Numbered from the stretch's first letter, positions 9,040 through 19,410 are shown. The stretch is DNA of 64,000 nt from an uncultured Alphaproteobacteria bacterium (GCA_902570155.1 CACFXU010000001.1:169360-233359), one strand, 5' to 3'. Made by a program: numbers and translations. The notes: generated from the letters alone by a model not told the origin.

Positions 9040-9888
9040 CTAAAGAATTTGAAAATAAACAACCGAAATACCACTCACTATTAAAATAGATGGTATTATT
9101 CGAGATTTTGCATTCTTCTCAAATAAGAAAAGCATTCCAATAATTGCAGCAAACACAATGCTTATTTCTCTAATACTAGAGACATAAGCTATTTCTATAA
9201 ATTGCATACTCCAAACAACAATTGCGTAACTACTTGTTGCAAACACACCAGCAGCAATCCCAGATCTAAAAGTGTATGTTTCTCTTTTTCGTAAACCATC
9301 TTTAGAGATCAAACCGATAATTAGTAAAGGTATTCCATTAAGTGTGAAGAGCCAGTAAATATAGGAAAAACCATTTTCAGAAAGTCTAACCCCGACCCCG
9401 TCAACTAAAGTGTAAGCAGTAATTAGAATAGCCGTTGATATTGCGAGAGCAAAACCTCTAAAGTTAAAAGATAAATTTTTAGAATAAGAAATTAAAAATA
9501 AACCAATACAAACAATTAATATTCCCACAAAACCAGCAACACTAATATCAGAACTTAAAAATAAAATACTAATGATCGCTACAAACAAACATGAACTTCC
9601 TCTAGAAATTGGATATATGTACGAGAGATCTCCGTACCTATATGAGTAGATAACATTTAGTCTGTAGAACACATGAATGATTACGGTTGCAATTAAAAAA
9701 TACCAAACCTCTAAAGTTGGAAATGGAACAGTAAATGTTAAAGGTAAAAAAATAGTAACTTCCAAGACAGACGTTATACCCATTAACGATAAAGGGTTCT
9801 TGCTTGATTTTATTATTGCACTCCAAACTGCATGACATAGAGCAGAAACAAGAATTAAGATAAAAATAAAATTTACTGACAATGTCAT
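9040..9888 (-). CDS. DMT/EamA-like integral membrane transporter
   Basis: 282 aa with about 10 TM segments and no soluble domain. Confidence 0.65.
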   Translation of the reverse strand: MTLSVNFIFILILVSALCHAVWSAIIKSSKNPLSLMGITSVLEVTIFLPLTFTVPFPTLEVWYFLIATVIIHVFYRLNVIYSYRYGDLSYIYPISRGSSCLFVAIISILFLSSDISVAGFVGILIVCIGLFLISYSKNLSFNFRGFALAISTAILITAYTLVDGVGVRLSENGFSYIYWLFTLNGIPLLIIGLISKDGLRKRETYTFRSGIAAGVFATSSYAIVVWSMQFIEIAYVSSIREISIVFAAIIGMLFLFEKNAKSRIIPSILIVSGISVVYFQIL

Positions 9889-9902
9889 CAGTAGATAAGA
9901 AT

Positions 9903-10796
9903 TTACTTCATGCCTGTCAAAGTAATTCCTTCAATAAATCGTTTTTGTGCGATTATAAAAGCAACAATAAGAGGAACAGTTACAGTAACTATTGAAGCCA
10001 TCATAGGACCAAATTCGTCACTATCAATCCCACCTCTAAATTCTCTTATACCAAGTGGTGGAGTAAAGAGATCTCTATTTCCTGTTATTACCATACGAGG
10101 CCAGAAATAATCATTCCAGTGCGCAACAACTGAGAATATTGCAAAAGCAAGTAACGCTGGTATTGCAGTTGGAAGCATTACCTTCCATACGATTGCGTAC
10201 TCTCCCATGCCATCCATCCTGGCGGCATCAATTAATTCATCTGGAACAGTCATAAAGAATTGCCGCATTAAAAAAATTCCAAACACCGATATGGTCCAGG
10301 GGAGTATTAAGGCGGAATAAGTGTCAACTAATCCTGCCTGGGCCAACATAACATATAATGGAAGTGCAATTCCGTGAACAGGAATCAGTAAGCAAAATAA
10401 AACCATCGAGAAAACAAATTCTCGTCCGTAAAACCGTAACTTGGCGAGTGCATATGCGCACGGTAAGGCAACTAAAACCTGAATAATGAAAATTGATAAA
10501 GTAACAATGACACCATTCATTAAGTATCTAGGAATAGGGGCTTTTTCAAATGCAAACCAATAGTTGTATTGATATGGCTTCATTGTACATGTTTCTTCTG
10601 AATAACCAGTTTTAACACATACGGGAAACGTTTGAGTTTCTTGCGCACCAATAAGACCACCAGAAATTGATTGGATTTCTTGCTGAGATTTTAATGACAT
10701 AGAAACCATCATATAAAAAGGGAGCATTACTACGATAGCACCAATAATTAAGATTGCATGTTTCCAACCTTCTCCAATATATTGTTTAGCTTCCAT
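9903..10796 (-). CDS. CUT1-type ABC transporter permease (UgpE/MalG-like)
   Basis: 6 TM segments and an EAA loop (DELIDAARMDGMGEYAIVWKVMLP). Confidence 0.9.
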   Translation of the reverse strand: MEAKQYIGEGWKHAILIIGAIVVMLPFYMMVSMSLKSQQEIQSISGGLIGAQETQTFPVCVKTGYSEETCTMKPYQYNYWFAFEKAPIPRYLMNGVIVTLSIFIIQVLVALPCAYALAKLRFYGREFVFSMVLFCLLIPVHGIALPLYVMLAQAGLVDTYSALILPWTISVFGIFLMRQFFMTVPDELIDAARMDGMGEYAIVWKVMLPTAIPALLAFAIFSVVAHWNDYFWPRMVITGNRDLFTPPLGIREFRGGIDSDEFGPMMASIVTVTVPLIVAFIIAQKRFIEGITLTGMK

Positions 10797-11752
10797 TAAT
10801 AATGAACCCTCTTCTCAATGACATATCTTTGGAAAAACGTTAACACAAGAATAAATCCAATAAAGACAACAGTGATTGCTGCACCAATACTGGTTAAGTT
10901 TTGTTGAATAGCTTTTTCAAAGATTGCATACATCATGACATACGTTGTTTTTGATGGACCACCTTTAGTAAGTATCTCAATGGTATCAAATACTTGAAAT
11001 GTTCTAATGGTAGTAATAGTGACAACAAACAACGTTGTTGGACCAAGCATTGGCCATGTAACAAGTTTAAATTGCTCCCATGTAGATTTAGCCCCATCCA
11101 TTTCTGCAGCTTGGTATAACTCTCTTGGTATGCTTGTTAAGCCAGCTAAATATAAAACCATGTTAAAACCAAAAGCTTGCCAAATTCCTATGAAACATAC
11201 TGTCCAAATCGCAGTATTTTTTTGTTTTAACCAATATGGAAAATCCATGTTGTTTGCACATGCTACAGCGTACCAGCTTTCTTGTGAGTCTACCCACGGC
11301 AACCAATGAAAACCAAGAATGAATTCCCTAACTCCTCCACACCCATTTGCTAAAAAACTATTTACAATTCCTAATGTTGGATGAAGAGTAAATTCCCATG
11401 CAATTGCCATTGCAAGAAGAGTTGCCATAACTGGAAGAAAGAAAATTGTTTTATATATATCAGCGCCAAACCTTAGTGAATTTAAGAGCATAGCAGCACA
11501 TAATCCAAGTACAACAGAAATTGGAACGACAACAATAACATACGTCGCTGTGGCCCAAATCATTTTGACATAAGTTTTGCGATTGAACATCTTGTCATAA
11601 TTTTCTAGTCCAACCCACTCGAATGTTTTGTTTCCTAAATTATAGTCAGTAAAAGAAATTCCTCCTGCAAGAAAAAGAGGAAAAATTAAAATAATTATCA
11701 TCAGTATGATTGCTGGTGCAATAAACCATATGTGAGCTTTTGAATTATGCAT
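10796..11752 (-). CDS. CUT1-type ABC transporter permease (UgpA/MalF-like)
   Basis: EAA loop (ELYQAAEMDGAKSTWEQFKLVTWPML). Its stop overlaps the downstream permease start. Confidence 0.9.
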   Translation of the reverse strand: MHNSKAHIWFIAPAIILMIIILIFPLFLAGGISFTDYNLGNKTFEWVGLENYDKMFNRKTYVKMIWATATYVIVVVPISVVLGLCAAMLLNSLRFGADIYKTIFFLPVMATLLAMAIAWEFTLHPTLGIVNSFLANGCGGVREFILGFHWLPWVDSQESWYAVACANNMDFPYWLKQKNTAIWTVCFIGIWQAFGFNMVLYLAGLTSIPRELYQAAEMDGAKSTWEQFKLVTWPMLGPTTLFVVTITTIRTFQVFDTIEILTKGGPSKTTYVMMYAIFEKAIQQNLTSIGAAITVVFIGFILVLTFFQRYVIEKRVHY

Positions 11753-12878
11753 TAGTAAATTGAACTCTCATTCCTGCTTGATTAAATAGTAATGCTTTAT
11801 CTGAAACTCTTTTTATATTTACACTAGAACCGTTTGAAATTTGGTGTGTAAATTGTGGTAAGCCTCTTACAATTATTTTATTTGAACCGTCTTCAATATT
11901 TACATGAAAGAAAATATCTGAACCTAAATTTTCTCTATATGCAACGGTTCCACTAAATGTATTTTCATTACTTTCATTTGTAATTTCTAAATGTTCTGGT
12001 CGAATACCAATATGTAAATCTGTGTTACTTTCAGAACTTTTTCTTTTTAGATTAACGTTGAGAAAACTTATCATCCCACTAGAGTCCGCAGTTCCTTTAA
12101 ATATATTTATTTTTGGACTTCCAACAAATTGAGCCACACTTAATGAGGAAGGATTGTCATATACTTCTTGAGGCTTATCTAGTTGTAATAAATTTCCATC
12201 AATCATAACAGCCATTCTAGAGGACATAGTTAATGCTTCTGCTTGATCATGTGTTACGTAAACAAAAGTAGTTTTAAGTGAATTATGAAGCTCAGATAGT
12301 TCAGATCGCATGTGAACTCTCAGAGCCGCATCTAAATTTGAAAGAGGTTCATCCATTAAAAAGGCAACAGGCTCTCTAACCATAGCACGACCAAGAGCAA
12401 CTCTTTGTCTTTGACCACCTGACAATTGTCCTGGTTTTCTATCCAATAGTTCTGAAATTTTTAGAGTTTCAGAAGTTTTATTTACTAATTGATTTATAGA
12501 TTCTGTTTTCTCTTTTTTGCTTGGAGAAAAATTACCAATCAAGGGCAGTCTTTCAAATGCATTATAATCCCTTAGTCTTAATGGGGTTTCTAAATTTCTT
12601 CTTACTGTGAGATGAGGATAAAGAGCATATGACTGGAATACCATTGCCAAATCTCTTTCACTGGCTCTAACTCTATTTACATTTTTATTATCTATTAATA
12701 CATCACCTGAAGTCTGTTGTTCCAATCCTGCAATTATTCTAAGTAATGTAGATTTACCACAACCAGATGGACCAACTAATGTTAAGAATTCTCCATCGTT
12801 TATATCAACATTCAAATTATTAAGTACTTGTGTAGACCCAAATGACTTTGAAATATTTTTAAGTGATATTGTCCCCAC
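11745..12878 (-). CDS. CUT1-type ABC transporter ATPase (UgpC/MalK-like)
   Basis: Walker [10 protein letters not shown], signature LSGGQRQR, Walker B FLMDEPLSNLD, and a C-terminal MalK-like regulatory domain. GTG start is preceded by AGGGGGAA. Confidence 0.9.
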   Translation of the reverse strand: MGTISLKNISKSFGSTQVLNNLNVDINDGEFLTLVGPSGCGKSTLLRIIAGLEQQTSGDVLIDNKNVNRVRASERDLAMVFQSYALYPHLTVRRNLETPLRLRDYNAFERLPLIGNFSPSKKEKTESINQLVNKTSETLKISELLDRKPGQLSGGQRQRVALGRAMVREPVAFLMDEPLSNLDAALRVHMRSELSELHNSLKTTFVYVTHDQAEALTMSSRMAVMIDGNLLQLDKPQEVYDNPSSLSVAQFVGSPKINIFKGTADSSGMISFLNVNLKRKSSESNTDLHIGIRPEHLEITNESNENTFSGTVAYRENLGSDIFFHVNIEDGSNKIIVRGLPQFTHQISNGSSVNIKRVSDKALLFNQAGMRVQFTNA

Positions 12879-12887
12879 TCATTCCCC

Positions 12888-12905
12888 CTGTATCTTAACT
12901 TTAAT
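12888..12905 (+). promoter_or_regulatory. Pho-box-like direct repeat (CTGTATC-TTAA-CTTTAAT)
   Basis: 7+4+7 architecture resembling the enterobacterial Pho box CTGTCAT-N4-CTGTCAT, in the divergent ABC/phnA spacer. Chance occurrence is likely in AT-rich DNA. Confidence 0.15.
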
Positions 12906-12944
12906 CTACAAAATTTTATTAAATTTGAGAATATTTTAAATCTA

Positions 12945-12977
12945 TTTATTTCAGTTTTATTTCAATTTTATTAACAA
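12945..12977 (-). promoter_or_regulatory. three tandem 11-bp units, candidate PhoB site for the ABC operon
   Basis: Plus strand reads tttatttcagt/tttatttcaat/tttattaacaa. Minus strand reads TGTTAAT-AAAA-TTGAAAT-AAAA-CTGAAAT-AAAT, followed about 9 nt later by TAAAAT. It lies 67-99 nt upstream of the GTG at 12878. Confidence 0.3.
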
Positions 12978-13054
12978 ATATTCAAATTATGATTGAGTTT
13001 AACTAGCAGATAACTATAAATTCGTATTTTTAATAATATATATTAGTTGAATTC

Positions 13055-14296
13055 GTGTCCGATAATTTAGAAATTAATAAAAGAGAATATCCAAGCTCTT
13101 TCTCAAAAACTGCTATTGTTATATGCCTTGATGGTAGTCAAAAAGAGTATCTCGAAGAAGCATCAAAATCTAATCTTACACCAAATCTTGATAAATTAAT
13201 TGCAAGTGGTGAAAACCTACTTGTTCACAGCGCTATTCCAAGTTTTACAAATCCAAATAACATTTCGATTGTAACAGGCCAACCAAGTTCTGTTCACGGT
13301 ATATGCGGAAACTTCTTTTATACACCTGAGACGGGCGAAGAAGTAATGATGAATGATCCAAAATATATGCGAGCACCAACTATTTTTGAAAAATTTTACA
13401 ATTCTGGTTCTAAAATTGCTCTTGTTACTGCAAAAGACAAGTTGAGAACACTTTTAGGAAACGGATTAAGTTTTGATGATGAGAGAGCTATTTGTTTTTC
13501 TGCTGAAAAATCTGATCAAGCAACAAAAGATCTCAATGGTATAGATAATGTAAACGATTGGTTGGGGATGCCAGTGCCAGAAGTATATTCTGAAGGACTC
13601 TCTGAATTTGTAATGGCTGCAGGTGTAAAACTTCTTGAAGAGTTTAAACCAAATATTATGTATTTATCGACTACGGATTATATTCAACACAAATATGCAC
13701 CGGGAAATGAAACAGCAAATAAATTTTATGCAATGTTTGATAAATATATTGGTCTTTTAAATAAGGAGAATGTTTCTATAATCATCACAGCAGATCACGG
13801 AATGAAACCAAAATCAAAAGAAGATGGTTCACCTAATGCAATATTTTTACAAGATTATTTAGATAAAAAATTTGATCCAAACATGGCTAAAGTCATCCTA
13901 CCAATTACAGATCCATATGTTGTTCATCATGGTTCACTTGGTTCTTTTGCAACAATTTATTTAGAAGACAAGAGCAAGATAGATTCAGTTGTAAATGCTA
14001 TTAAAGAAATAAAAGATATAGAAGTTGTTTTAACAAAAGATGAAGGATGCTCTACTTACAATTTACCTCCTGATAGAATGGGAGATATTATATGTATGTC
14101 TTCAGAATTTATGACTATTGGTTCATCGGAAGATAAACACAATCTTTCTGGATTAAATGAACCTTTACGTTCTCATGGAGGACTCCATGAAAGAGAAGTG
14201 CCATTCATATCAAATTTAAAATTACAAAACTTAGATACTAGCAAACAATTATATAACTATGATGCATTTTATTATGCAATAAATGGAGCCCTATGA
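13055..14296 (+). CDS. phnA: phosphonoacetate hydrolase (alkaline-phosphatase superfamily)
   Basis: 413 aa. The nucleophile block [15 protein letters not shown] and metal-site TADHGM are typical of NPP/PhnA-type enzymes. It is translationally coupled (ATGA overlap) to the aldehyde dehydrogenase. GTG start. Confidence 0.75.
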   Translation: MSDNLEINKREYPSSFSKTAIVICLDGSQKEYLEEASKSNLTPNLDKLIASGENLLVHSAIPSFTNPNNISIVTGQPSSVHGICGNFFYTPETGEEVMMNDPKYMRAPTIFEKFYNSGSKIALVTAKDKLRTLLGNGLSFDDERAICFSAEKSDQATKDLNGIDNVNDWLGMPVPEVYSEGLSEFVMAAGVKLLEEFKPNIMYLSTTDYIQHKYAPGNETANKFYAMFDKYIGLLNKENVSIIITADHGMKPKSKEDGSPNAIFLQDYLDKKFDPNMAKVILPITDPYVVHHGSLGSFATIYLEDKSKIDSVVNAIKEIKDIEVVLTKDEGCSTYNLPPDRMGDIICMSSEFMTIGSSEDKHNLSGLNEPLRSHGGLHEREVPFISNLKLQNLDTSKQLYNYDAFYYAINGAL

Positions 14297-15735
14297 TGCA
14301 CAAAAAAATGATTAATGAAGCAATGCGTATTGCTGGAGAAAAAGTTACTTCAGATAAAACAATAAATGTTGAGTACCCTTTTACAGGTGAAGTAATCGGA
14401 ACGGTTCCAGCCGGTACTGCAGAGCATGCAAGAAAGGCTTTAGATATTGCTGCAAATTATCAGCCTAAACTTACAAGATATGAGAGACAAAAAATTCTAC
14501 AAACTGCTGCAGAAGTACTTGTTAAAAGAAAAGAAGAAATTTCTGATATTATTACTTTAGAACTTGGTATCTCAAAACAAGATTCTTTATACGAAGTAGG
14601 AAGAGCTTTCGATGTATTTTCATTAACGGCTCAACTTTGTATTCATGATGATGGAGAAATATTTTCTTGTGATTTAACTCCGCATGGAAAAGCCAGAAAA
14701 ATATTTACCATAAGAGAACCTTTAACGGCAATCTCAGCAATCACCCCATTTAATCATCCTTTGAATATGGTAGCGCATAAAATTGCACCTTCAATTGCAA
14801 CTAATAATTGTACTGTATGTAAACAAACAGAATTAACACCTTTAACAGCAATGGTACTCGCCGATGTTTTATATGAAGCAGGTTTACCACCCGAAATGTT
14901 TTCAGTTGTAACTGGATGGCCTCAAGACATTGGATCAGAAATGATCAAAAATCCAAACATTGATCTAATTACTTTTACAGGCAGTGTGGGTGTAGGAAAA
15001 TTAATTGCTGAACAAGCTGGATACAAAAGAACAGTACTAGAGCTTGGCGGTAATGATCCATTAATTGTTTTAAATGACTTAGATGGTGATGATCTTAAAA
15101 AAGCTGTTGAACTAGCTGTTACTGGAGCAACGAAAAATTCTGGTCAACGTTGTACAGCTGTTAAAAGAATATTGGTTCAAGAATCCATTGCAGATCAATT
15201 TGTTGAAATGGCTCTTGAGCGTGCTAAGAAAATTAAATTTGGTGATCCTATGAATATGGAAACAGACTTAGGTACTGTTGTTAATGCTCAAGCTGCAGAA
15301 CTTTTTGATAAAAGAGTTTCTATGGCTGAAGAAGACGGTGCAAAAATTTTATATCACCCTGGAAGAAAGGGTGCTTTGTTACCTCCAATAGTTGTAGATC
15401 ATGTTGATCCTAAAAGTGAATTAGTTTTAGAAGAAACATTTGGTCCAGTTATACCAATCATTCGTGTGCCTAATGACGATGAAGCTGTAATGAAAATATC
15501 TAATTCAACCGCATTCGGATTATCATCTGGTGTATGCACAAATAACTTCATGAGAGCAAAAAAATATATTCAAGGCTTAAATGTTGGCACTGTAAATATT
15601 TGGGAAGTTCCAGGCTATAGAATTGAAATGTCTCCTTTTGGAGGAATTAAAGATTCAGGTCTTGGTTATAAAGAAGGTGTAATTGAAGCAATGAAAAGCT
15701 TTACTAATGTAAAAACCTTCTCACTACCCTGGTAA
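14293..15735 (+). CDS. phnY: aldehyde dehydrogenase, probable phosphonoacetaldehyde dehydrogenase
   Basis: ALDH catalytic blocks ELGGNDP and GQRCTAVKR. It overlaps the phnA stop, and phnW lies in the same locus. Confidence 0.7.
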   Translation: MMHKKMINEAMRIAGEKVTSDKTINVEYPFTGEVIGTVPAGTAEHARKALDIAANYQPKLTRYERQKILQTAAEVLVKRKEEISDIITLELGISKQDSLYEVGRAFDVFSLTAQLCIHDDGEIFSCDLTPHGKARKIFTIREPLTAISAITPFNHPLNMVAHKIAPSIATNNCTVCKQTELTPLTAMVLADVLYEAGLPPEMFSVVTGWPQDIGSEMIKNPNIDLITFTGSVGVGKLIAEQAGYKRTVLELGGNDPLIVLNDLDGDDLKKAVELAVTGATKNSGQRCTAVKRILVQESIADQFVEMALERAKKIKFGDPMNMETDLGTVVNAQAAELFDKRVSMAEEDGAKILYHPGRKGALLPPIVVDHVDPKSELVLEETFGPVIPIIRVPNDDEAVMKISNSTAFGLSSGVCTNNFMRAKKYIQGLNVGTVNIWEVPGYRIEMSPFGGIKDSGLGYKEGVIEAMKSFTNVKTFSLPW

Positions 15736-15870
15736 AAATCATTTTTTCTCTAATTTTTCTTATTGCTGTGGAAAAATAAGCTTATTTTTTAGTAATATTT
15801 TCGTAATAAAATTGTAACCCTTTGGGGCTACATGTTAGATTAAATTATTATATTCAATCGGGAGGATTAA

Positions 15871-17124
15871 ATGAAAAAATTAATTACAGGATTGGCAGCC
15901 GTATTAGCTTTCGGTTTTTATGGTTCTGTTAATTCAGCTAAGTCTATTGAAATAGAAGTAGCTTATCCTTATTCAGGATTATTCGATGTTACGTTTCAAG
16001 CTATTATGCCAGAGTTTGAAAAAGCACATCCAGATATTCAAGTTAAATTTAGAGCAACTTATGAAAACTATGAGGATGCAACTGCAACAATCTTCAGAGA
16101 GTCTACTTCAGGTAATTTACCAGATGTAACAATGCAAGGTCTTAACAGACAGGCACCTCTAGTTGACAAAGGTATTGCTAAGTCTTTAGAGCCATTTATC
16201 GCAAAAGAAGCAGCTTTTGAAAAAGATGGTTACCATTCTGCTATGTTAAGTCTTTCAACATTCGGTGGTGAAGTTTATGGATTACCATTTTCTGTATCAA
16301 CACCAGTTGGATATTATAACATGGATTTATTAGCTGAAGCAGGTGTAGATAGTATTCCAACTAACTGGGACGAAGTTATTGCAGCATGTAATAAATTAGA
16401 AGCAGCAGGTAAAGGAACTCTATACTTTGGTTGGAACATTACAGGTAACTGGTTCCACCAAGCATTAATGCATACTCAGAATGTTCCAATGGTTAAAGAT
16501 GGAGCTGTAAATATGGGTGGAGATGCAGGACTTGCAACGTTAGAGCAAATGAAATCAATCATGAGCGGATGTAATATGCCAAACTATTCAATTGCTGATG
16601 GTCAAGCTGCGTTTAACGCAGGTACTATTGGTATGATGTTCTGGTCTACTTCAAGCTTGGGTTCAGTTAATGCTGCAAAGGCAGACTTTGTTTTAAAAAC
16701 TGCACCATTCCCTGGAATGGCTGGAGTAAACAATGGAACACCAGCAAGATTACCAGCAGGTGGAAACGCTGCAATGTTAGTGTCTACATCTGATGATCCA
16801 GCAAGAGTTGATGCTGCATGGACTTTCTTAAAGTTCATTACATCAGGTATCGGTGCTGCATTAGTTGCTGAAACAACTGGATATGTTCCACCAAACAAAG
16901 CAGCGAATGATTTATTAGGTGACTTCTATAGTCAAAACCCTAATAAACTTACTGCAGTTGAACAACTTCCACTTCTAGCTGATTGGTTTGCGTATCCTGG
17001 AGAAAATGGATTAGCTGTTACACAGGTAATCTATGATTTCACGGAAGAAATTGCTACAGGCGACGCTGATGATATGGCAGATCTTCAAGAAGAAATGATG
17101 GAAGAAATAAACGATCTTATGTAA
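15871..17124 (+). CDS. ABC transporter substrate-binding protein, family 1 (UgpB-like)
   Basis: Signal peptide, 417 aa, and strong SD (GGGAGGA). It has a CUT1-type SBP layout (GNLPDV, GLPFS.STPV.YYN). It is the only SBP available to the permease/ATPase operon at 9903-12878. Confidence 0.8.
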   Translation: MKKLITGLAAVLAFGFYGSVNSAKSIEIEVAYPYSGLFDVTFQAIMPEFEKAHPDIQVKFRATYENYEDATATIFRESTSGNLPDVTMQGLNRQAPLVDKGIAKSLEPFIAKEAAFEKDGYHSAMLSLSTFGGEVYGLPFSVSTPVGYYNMDLLAEAGVDSIPTNWDEVIAACNKLEAAGKGTLYFGWNITGNWFHQALMHTQNVPMVKDGAVNMGGDAGLATLEQMKSIMSGCNMPNYSIADGQAAFNAGTIGMMFWSTSSLGSVNAAKADFVLKTAPFPGMAGVNNGTPARLPAGGNAAMLVSTSDDPARVDAAWTFLKFITSGIGAALVAETTGYVPPNKAANDLLGDFYSQNPNKLTAVEQLPLLADWFAYPGENGLAVTQVIYDFTEEIATGDADDMADLQEEMMEEINDLM

Positions 17125-17154
17125 TTTGAGATTATTTATTATTAACTTTTTATT

Positions 17155-17187
17155 ACAGCGGCTTTATAAAAGCCGCTGTTTTATTTT
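17155..17187 (+). terminator. rho-independent terminator after the SBP gene
   Basis: acagcggcttt-ata-aaagccgctgt forms an 11-bp stem, followed by tttatttt. Confidence 0.75.
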
Positions 17188-17211
17188 AAATTTAAATGGG
17201 AGTAAAAATAG

Positions 17212-18291
17212 ATGCCTCTTACAACAACTACAATAGGTGCTTATCCAAAACCTAAACAAACACCCATTCAAGATTGGTTTTTAGGGACAAAATCAGAAGA
17301 AGAGAAAAAAGCATCAAAAGGATTATTATCAAATTGGTCACCTGGCGCATATGAAAAAGCATTAGAGTCTGCAGGTGCGGATGCTGAAAAATTATTTTTA
17401 GCAGCAATTAAAGAAGTTATAACTGATCAAGTAAGTGCGGGTATTGATGTTCCAACAGATGGGGAAGTTAGGCGCGAGAGTTATGTATTATATCAATGTC
17501 GATTTTTAAATGGTGTAAGTTTTAAGGAAGTTACACATAAGTCAGTAAGACAGGGTGCGTTCGAAGCTGACCTTCCAACTATTGTTGCACCAATTTCAAG
17601 TAAAGAAATACGTATGCATTTAGACTGGAAGAGTGCACAACAATTTACAAAAAACCCAGTTAAAATTACGCTACCTGGACCAATGACAATTACAGATTCA
17701 ATTGCCAACAATTACTATGATGACATGAAAAAACTTGGTTTTGATTTAGCATTAGCCCTCAATAAAGAAGTTAAAGCACTTGTAGATGCAGGTTGTCAGT
17801 ATATTCAAATTGATGAACCAGTATTTGCTAGAAAGCCCGATGAAGCTCATTCTTACGGTATGGAAAATTTAGAAAGAATGATGCATGGTATTCCTAAAGA
17901 AGTGCAACGCGTTTGCCATATTTGTTGTGGTTATCCTAACTCATTAGATTCAGAAGGGTATAAAAAGGCTGATCTAGATGCTTATGATAGAATTGCATCA
18001 CTTGTAGATGATTCAACTATTGATGAAGTATCTTTAGAAGATTCACATAGGCATAATGATTTAAATCTTTTAGAAAAATTTACTAAAACAAAAGTAATTT
18101 TTGGATTTATTGATATTGCAAAAAGCAGAATGGAATCTGTTGAAGAAGTAAGAGTTCGTATCAAAGATTCACTTGAACATATTGATGAACACCGTTTAAT
18201 AGCTGCACCAGATTGTGGTTTAGGTTTCTTTACACGAGAACAAGCAATTGAGAAAATGACAATTTTAACTAAAGCGGCAAAATCAATTTAA
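17212..18291 (+). CDS. single-domain MetE-like (cobalamin-independent methionine synthase C-terminal domain family) Zn-dependent alkyltransferase
   Basis: 359 aa, starting TTTIGAYPKP. The IDEP block is present, and the Zn ligand pattern is preserved: H-x-C in CHICCGY, E in SLEDS, C in APDCGLG. Confidence 0.7.
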   Translation: MPLTTTTIGAYPKPKQTPIQDWFLGTKSEEEKKASKGLLSNWSPGAYEKALESAGADAEKLFLAAIKEVITDQVSAGIDVPTDGEVRRESYVLYQCRFLNGVSFKEVTHKSVRQGAFEADLPTIVAPISSKEIRMHLDWKSAQQFTKNPVKITLPGPMTITDSIANNYYDDMKKLGFDLALALNKEVKALVDAGCQYIQIDEPVFARKPDEAHSYGMENLERMMHGIPKEVQRVCHICCGYPNSLDSEGYKKADLDAYDRIASLVDDSTIDEVSLEDSHRHNDLNLLEKFTKTKVIFGFIDIAKSRMESVEEVRVRIKDSLEHIDEHRLIAAPDCGLGFFTREQAIEKMTILTKAAKSI

Positions 18292-18295
18292 GGTA

Positions 18296-19408
18296 ATGTG
18301 GAATTATTTTAACCCTGTTGAAATTATCTTTGGAAAAAATAGATTTACAGAAGTACATGATGCTCTTAAAAATAAGAACTACATCATAATCACTCATCCA
18401 GAAGAAATTTTTAAAAAATATAGCGATGAATTAAAATCTTCTTCAAATCCACCTTTATCCATTATGACGGATGTTCAGCCTAATCCAGATTATAAGGATA
18501 TTTTAGAGCTACAAAATAAATTTTCTTCAATCAATGAATCGGTAGATTATATTTTAGCTATAGGTGGTGGCTCTGTTACAGACACAGCTAAAGCAATTGC
18601 TGCATTTAAAGATAAACAAGAATATCTAACAGATTTCGTTCGTAATAAGCAAAATCCAAGAGTCGAAAATCCAATCAAGATTATTGCAATACCTACAACT
18701 TCAGGAACATCAAGTGAGCTTACGTGTTGGGCCACAATATGGGATAAAGAAAAAAATAATAAATTATCTTTGGCGCATAAATCACTTTATGCAGAAAAAG
18801 CAATTATCGATCCATCTATTATGGTTGATAAGCCTTTAGGTTTGACCATTTCAACTGGTTTAGATGCTCTCTCCCATTCAATGGAAAGTATTTGGAATAT
18901 TAATGCGAACCCAATTTCTGCTTCACATGCAATACAAGCATCAAAATTAGTATTAGAAAATTTACCACTTCTCACTAAAGATTTAAGAAATGTTGAATTA
19001 CGCTCAAACATTGCACTGGCATGCGTTCATGCTGGCTTAGCGTTTTCCAATACAAAAACTGCTATTGCGCACAATCTATCATACCCTGTGACGCTCAATT
19101 ACGGCATTCAACATGGTATTGCTTGCTCATTTACATTACCCATGATTACTAAAAGTATGGTTGGAATTGATAGTGTAGCTGAAGAAAGACTAAAACTAAT
19201 TTTTAACGATAACCTAGAGAATGCTGCAAATCATCTGAGTGAATTTATGCGTTCTTTAGAGGTTCCTCTTAACTTAAATGAAATAAAAGTTCCTGTTCAA
19301 GAATGGAATAATATAGTAGATGATGCGTTTTTAGGGGAACGAGGTAAAAACTTTATTGGCAATAAAGAAGCCTTCATCTCTTCTGCTAAATCAATGGGAC
19401 TTTATTAG
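18296..19408 (+). CDS. group III iron-containing alcohol dehydrogenase (phosphonoacetaldehyde-reductase-like)
   Basis: AIGGGSVTDTAK, IPTTSGTSSE, and His-rich metal motifs (DALSHSMES, AHNLSYP, QHGIA). The N-terminus MWNYFNPVEIIFG resembles PhpC/FomC-type enzymes. The family call is solid; the substrate is inferred. Confidence 0.75.
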   Translation: MWNYFNPVEIIFGKNRFTEVHDALKNKNYIIITHPEEIFKKYSDELKSSSNPPLSIMTDVQPNPDYKDILELQNKFSSINESVDYILAIGGGSVTDTAKAIAAFKDKQEYLTDFVRNKQNPRVENPIKIIAIPTTSGTSSELTCWATIWDKEKNNKLSLAHKSLYAEKAIIDPSIMVDKPLGLTISTGLDALSHSMESIWNINANPISASHAIQASKLVLENLPLLTKDLRNVELRSNIALACVHAGLAFSNTKTAIAHNLSYPVTLNYGIQHGIACSFTLPMITKSMVGIDSVAEERLKLIFNDNLENAANHLSEFMRSLEVPLNLNEIKVPVQEWNNIVDDAFLGERGKNFIGNKEAFISSAKSMGLY

Positions 19409-19410
19409 TA

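Noticed and set aside
15759-15790. Possible terminator after phnY (cttatt-N10-aataag followed by cttatttttt)
   Set aside because: The stem is only 6 bp, entirely A/T-rich apart from one pair, and has a 10-nt loop. That is too weak to call.
15811-15840. TTGTAAC-CCTT-TGGGGCT-ACAT-GTTAGAT and the small palindrome accctttgggg upstream of the Ugp-like SBP, considered as a Pho box or riboswitch fragment
   Set aside because: The half-sites do not resemble each other, the hairpin has a mismatch, and there is no room for a structured leader.
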